This document shows positions 62,102 through 64,000 of a stretch of DNA of 64,000 bases, in pieces. The first letter of the stretch is position 1. Every line of letters starts with the position of its first letter. A program made the translations under genes and the position numbers. The notes under the pieces were generated by a model. That model was not told the DNA's origin. It made no database searches and saw only the letters and a list, made by a program, of their open reading frames with translations. Source of the DNA: Hemiscyllium ocellatum (Eukaryota); assembly GCF_020745735.1 (NCBI RefSeq), contig NW_026867509.1, positions 434,001-498,000 of the forward strand, in the 5' to 3' direction.

Positions 62102-63480
62102 TTTTAAAGTTAAAAATCACTCAACGCCAGGTTATAGTCCAACAGGTTTAGTTGGAAGCATTAGCTTTCGTTGTGCTGTGTAGGTAGTTGTGGAGAATAA
62201 GATTGTAAGGCACATAATTTATAGCAAAAACTTACAATGTGATGTAACTGAAATTGTATTTTGAAAAAGATCTGGCATGTTTGTTAAGTCTGTCATATTT
62301 GAGAATGACTTTACATTCTTGGATATTTAAATCTAAACACCTTTTTTTTAACAAGTTACGTTCTCAAGTGCACTTTAACAAGTGGTATCATGTCGGCCCA
62401 AATAAGGTATTAAAGCTGTTAACTCCCTGTGACACTGTCTGTGCCACAATGCTCAGATTGATTCTAATCTAAAAAACGGATTTACAGAATCTTACGTGGA
62501 TTCATGCAGTTTTTGAGCAAAGTAAACTGTAATTCTGCAAGTACAAATTAACTCCATATATGTGTACATGTGCTTGTGTATGTGTGTGGTGTGTTGTCTG
62601 TCTTTCTGTGTGTCCATCTGTCTGTGCAGTAGTGTCACTTTGAGTGTGATATGCACCCAAGGCCTCAGTACCCATAGCGGTGGCCTCAACTGGTCCTTGG
62701 GTTCATGTTTCACTACAGGTGACCCGATTATACTATACACAGCCACAGATAGACGAACACACACATGCGCATGCGCGCGCGTGCACACACACAGACATAC
62801 AGAAATACACACACACGTACTCAGACTCTCTGTCATGCACTCACACATTCACTCCCATACACACCATCTCACAGATTAAACTCCTTTTATACTCATCCTC
62901 ACACACATGCACAAACCCTCTCACAGACACACATAACCCCCCACACCCCAAAACACACACGCCCCAACATGAACATATGCATGTATAAATTTGTGGGTTG
63001 AATTCTTATTTGCAGAATTACATTTCACACTGTGCAAAAACTGCACAAATCCTTGAACGGTTCTGTAAATACGTAGCTTAGATTAGAATCACTCTGACCA
63101 TTGTGGTATAGACAGCCTCACAGGGAGTTAACACCTTCAACGCCTTATCTTGGCCGACATGACATTAATTGTTAAAGTGCACTTGAAAATGTAACTTTTT
63201 AAAAATGGTTTTACGATTTACATAGGAAAGAACTGAATACAAGATGGTCATTCAAACAGATGGGAGACTTAACAAATAATGCAGGTCATTTTCAAAATAT
63301 AACCTGGTCCATCGCACTGTAAAGTTTTGCTATAAATTCTGTGCCTTACAAACTTATTCTCCACAATCACCTGATGAAGGAGCAGCACTCTGAAAACTAG
63401 TGCTTTCAAATCAACCTGTTTAATTATAAGCTGGTGTTGGGTGAAGTTTCAACTTTGTGCACCCCAGTATAACACTGGCG
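62102..63480. mobile_element. Large fold-back Penelope-derived element (~450-bp inverted arms, CA/TG-rich spacer) with hammerhead motif
   Basis: 62102-62570 is the approximate reverse complement of 62990-63480. CAC-CTGATGA-A-GGAG-CAGCA-CTCT-GAAAACTA-GTG at 63368-63402. Confidence 0.8.
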
Positions 63481-63582
63481 TCTCCAAATCATATCTATTT
63501 TAAAGCAGCACTATTAAGCTTAGTAAGTATCGGCTACTTTTCAATGTGCCCCCAGCCCATTCACCGTTCCCCATGACAACAC

Positions 63583-63937
63583 AGTTTTTGCACGAAATTC
63601 CACCTGTTTCCTGTCACCGTGTCTCTCAGCCCGCAGTAATATACTACACTGTCTGACAGCCGCAGTCCACTGATAGTGAAATTCCCCTCGTGTTTCGAAA
63701 TAGCCAGAAATGCAGAAAATCTATCGCCAACACTGTGTGATTTGAAAACATTTTCATGTGATGACTTGCAGCTAAATGATGTAAGGGATTCTCCACCGTC
63801 CTGATGGTACAGACGGCACAATTTTGAGAAATAGAAGGCAGCCGAAATCAAATAACCGAAGTAAACTGTTACTGAGTCTCCTTCAATCTCAGTTACTGTA
63901 ATTGGTTTAAGTGAGACCTAATGCGCACGACGAACCG
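63583..63937 (-). pseudogene. TRAV/TRDV: TCR V pseudogene of the 41.7-kb family (in-frame TAG), with RSS CACGGTG-23-GCAAAAACT; leader outside window
   Basis: Acceptor TTCTGCAG|63937. VRRAH*VSLKPITVTEIEGDSVTVYFGY...KLCRLYHQ...GDRFSAF...EGNFTISGLRLSDSVVYYCGLRD. RSS at 63621-63583. Confidence 0.9.
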
Positions 63938-64000
63938 CTGCAGAAATTTAGATTTGGAAATATATATATATATTAGCGTTATATTCTGCAATCAATGCAA

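Noticed and set aside
62492-63001. H/T- and C/V-rich ORFs
   Set aside because: CA/TG microsatellite-rich spacer of the fold-back element.
1-64000. D, J or C segments; IgNAR/NAR-TCR V, IgHV or TAILV segments; CRISPR, rRNA, tRNA genes
   Set aside because: No 12-RSS-flanked D, FGxG J motif with RSS, or C exon was recognised. No V could be confidently assigned to Ig-like classes. tRNA-like sequence occurs only as SINE heads and a PBS. A by-eye scan can miss short segments.

Overview
Vertebrate, AT-rich, repeat-rich genomic DNA. It is most likely from a cartilaginous fish (inferred from the HE1-like/DeuSINE-like SINEs, CR1-type LINEs, Penelope-type terminal repeats and the GPR139-like receptor). 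The window is part of a T-cell receptor alpha/delta-type V-segment array. I can reconstruct two canonical, apparently functional V genes (20051-20531 +, 56279-56711 -), each with leader, intron, V exon and RSS. A third V (41661-42088 +) has an open frame but lacks the canonical first Cys and the Trp. There are five clear V pseudogenes (about 28.9k +, 51.0k +, 52.4k -, 60.3k +, 63.6k -) and several fainter relics, in mixed orientation. No D, J or C segment was recognised, so alpha versus delta cannot be resolved. An intact two-exon GPR139-like GPCR (10490-13107 -) sits among the V segments. The rest is CR1 LINE fragments, a Ty3/Gypsy remnant, an ERV gag remnant with a tRNA-Arg PBS, SINEs, and Penelope-derived tandem and fold-back elements carrying minimal hammerhead-ribozyme motifs. 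Best leads: (1) a V lineage sharing Cys23->Phe and Trp41->Leu yet showing signs of purifying selection; (2) a retrozyme-like, hammerhead-bearing tandem array of about 595-bp units; (3) the GPCR embedded head-to-head with a V relic. All calls were made by eye with no database searches.
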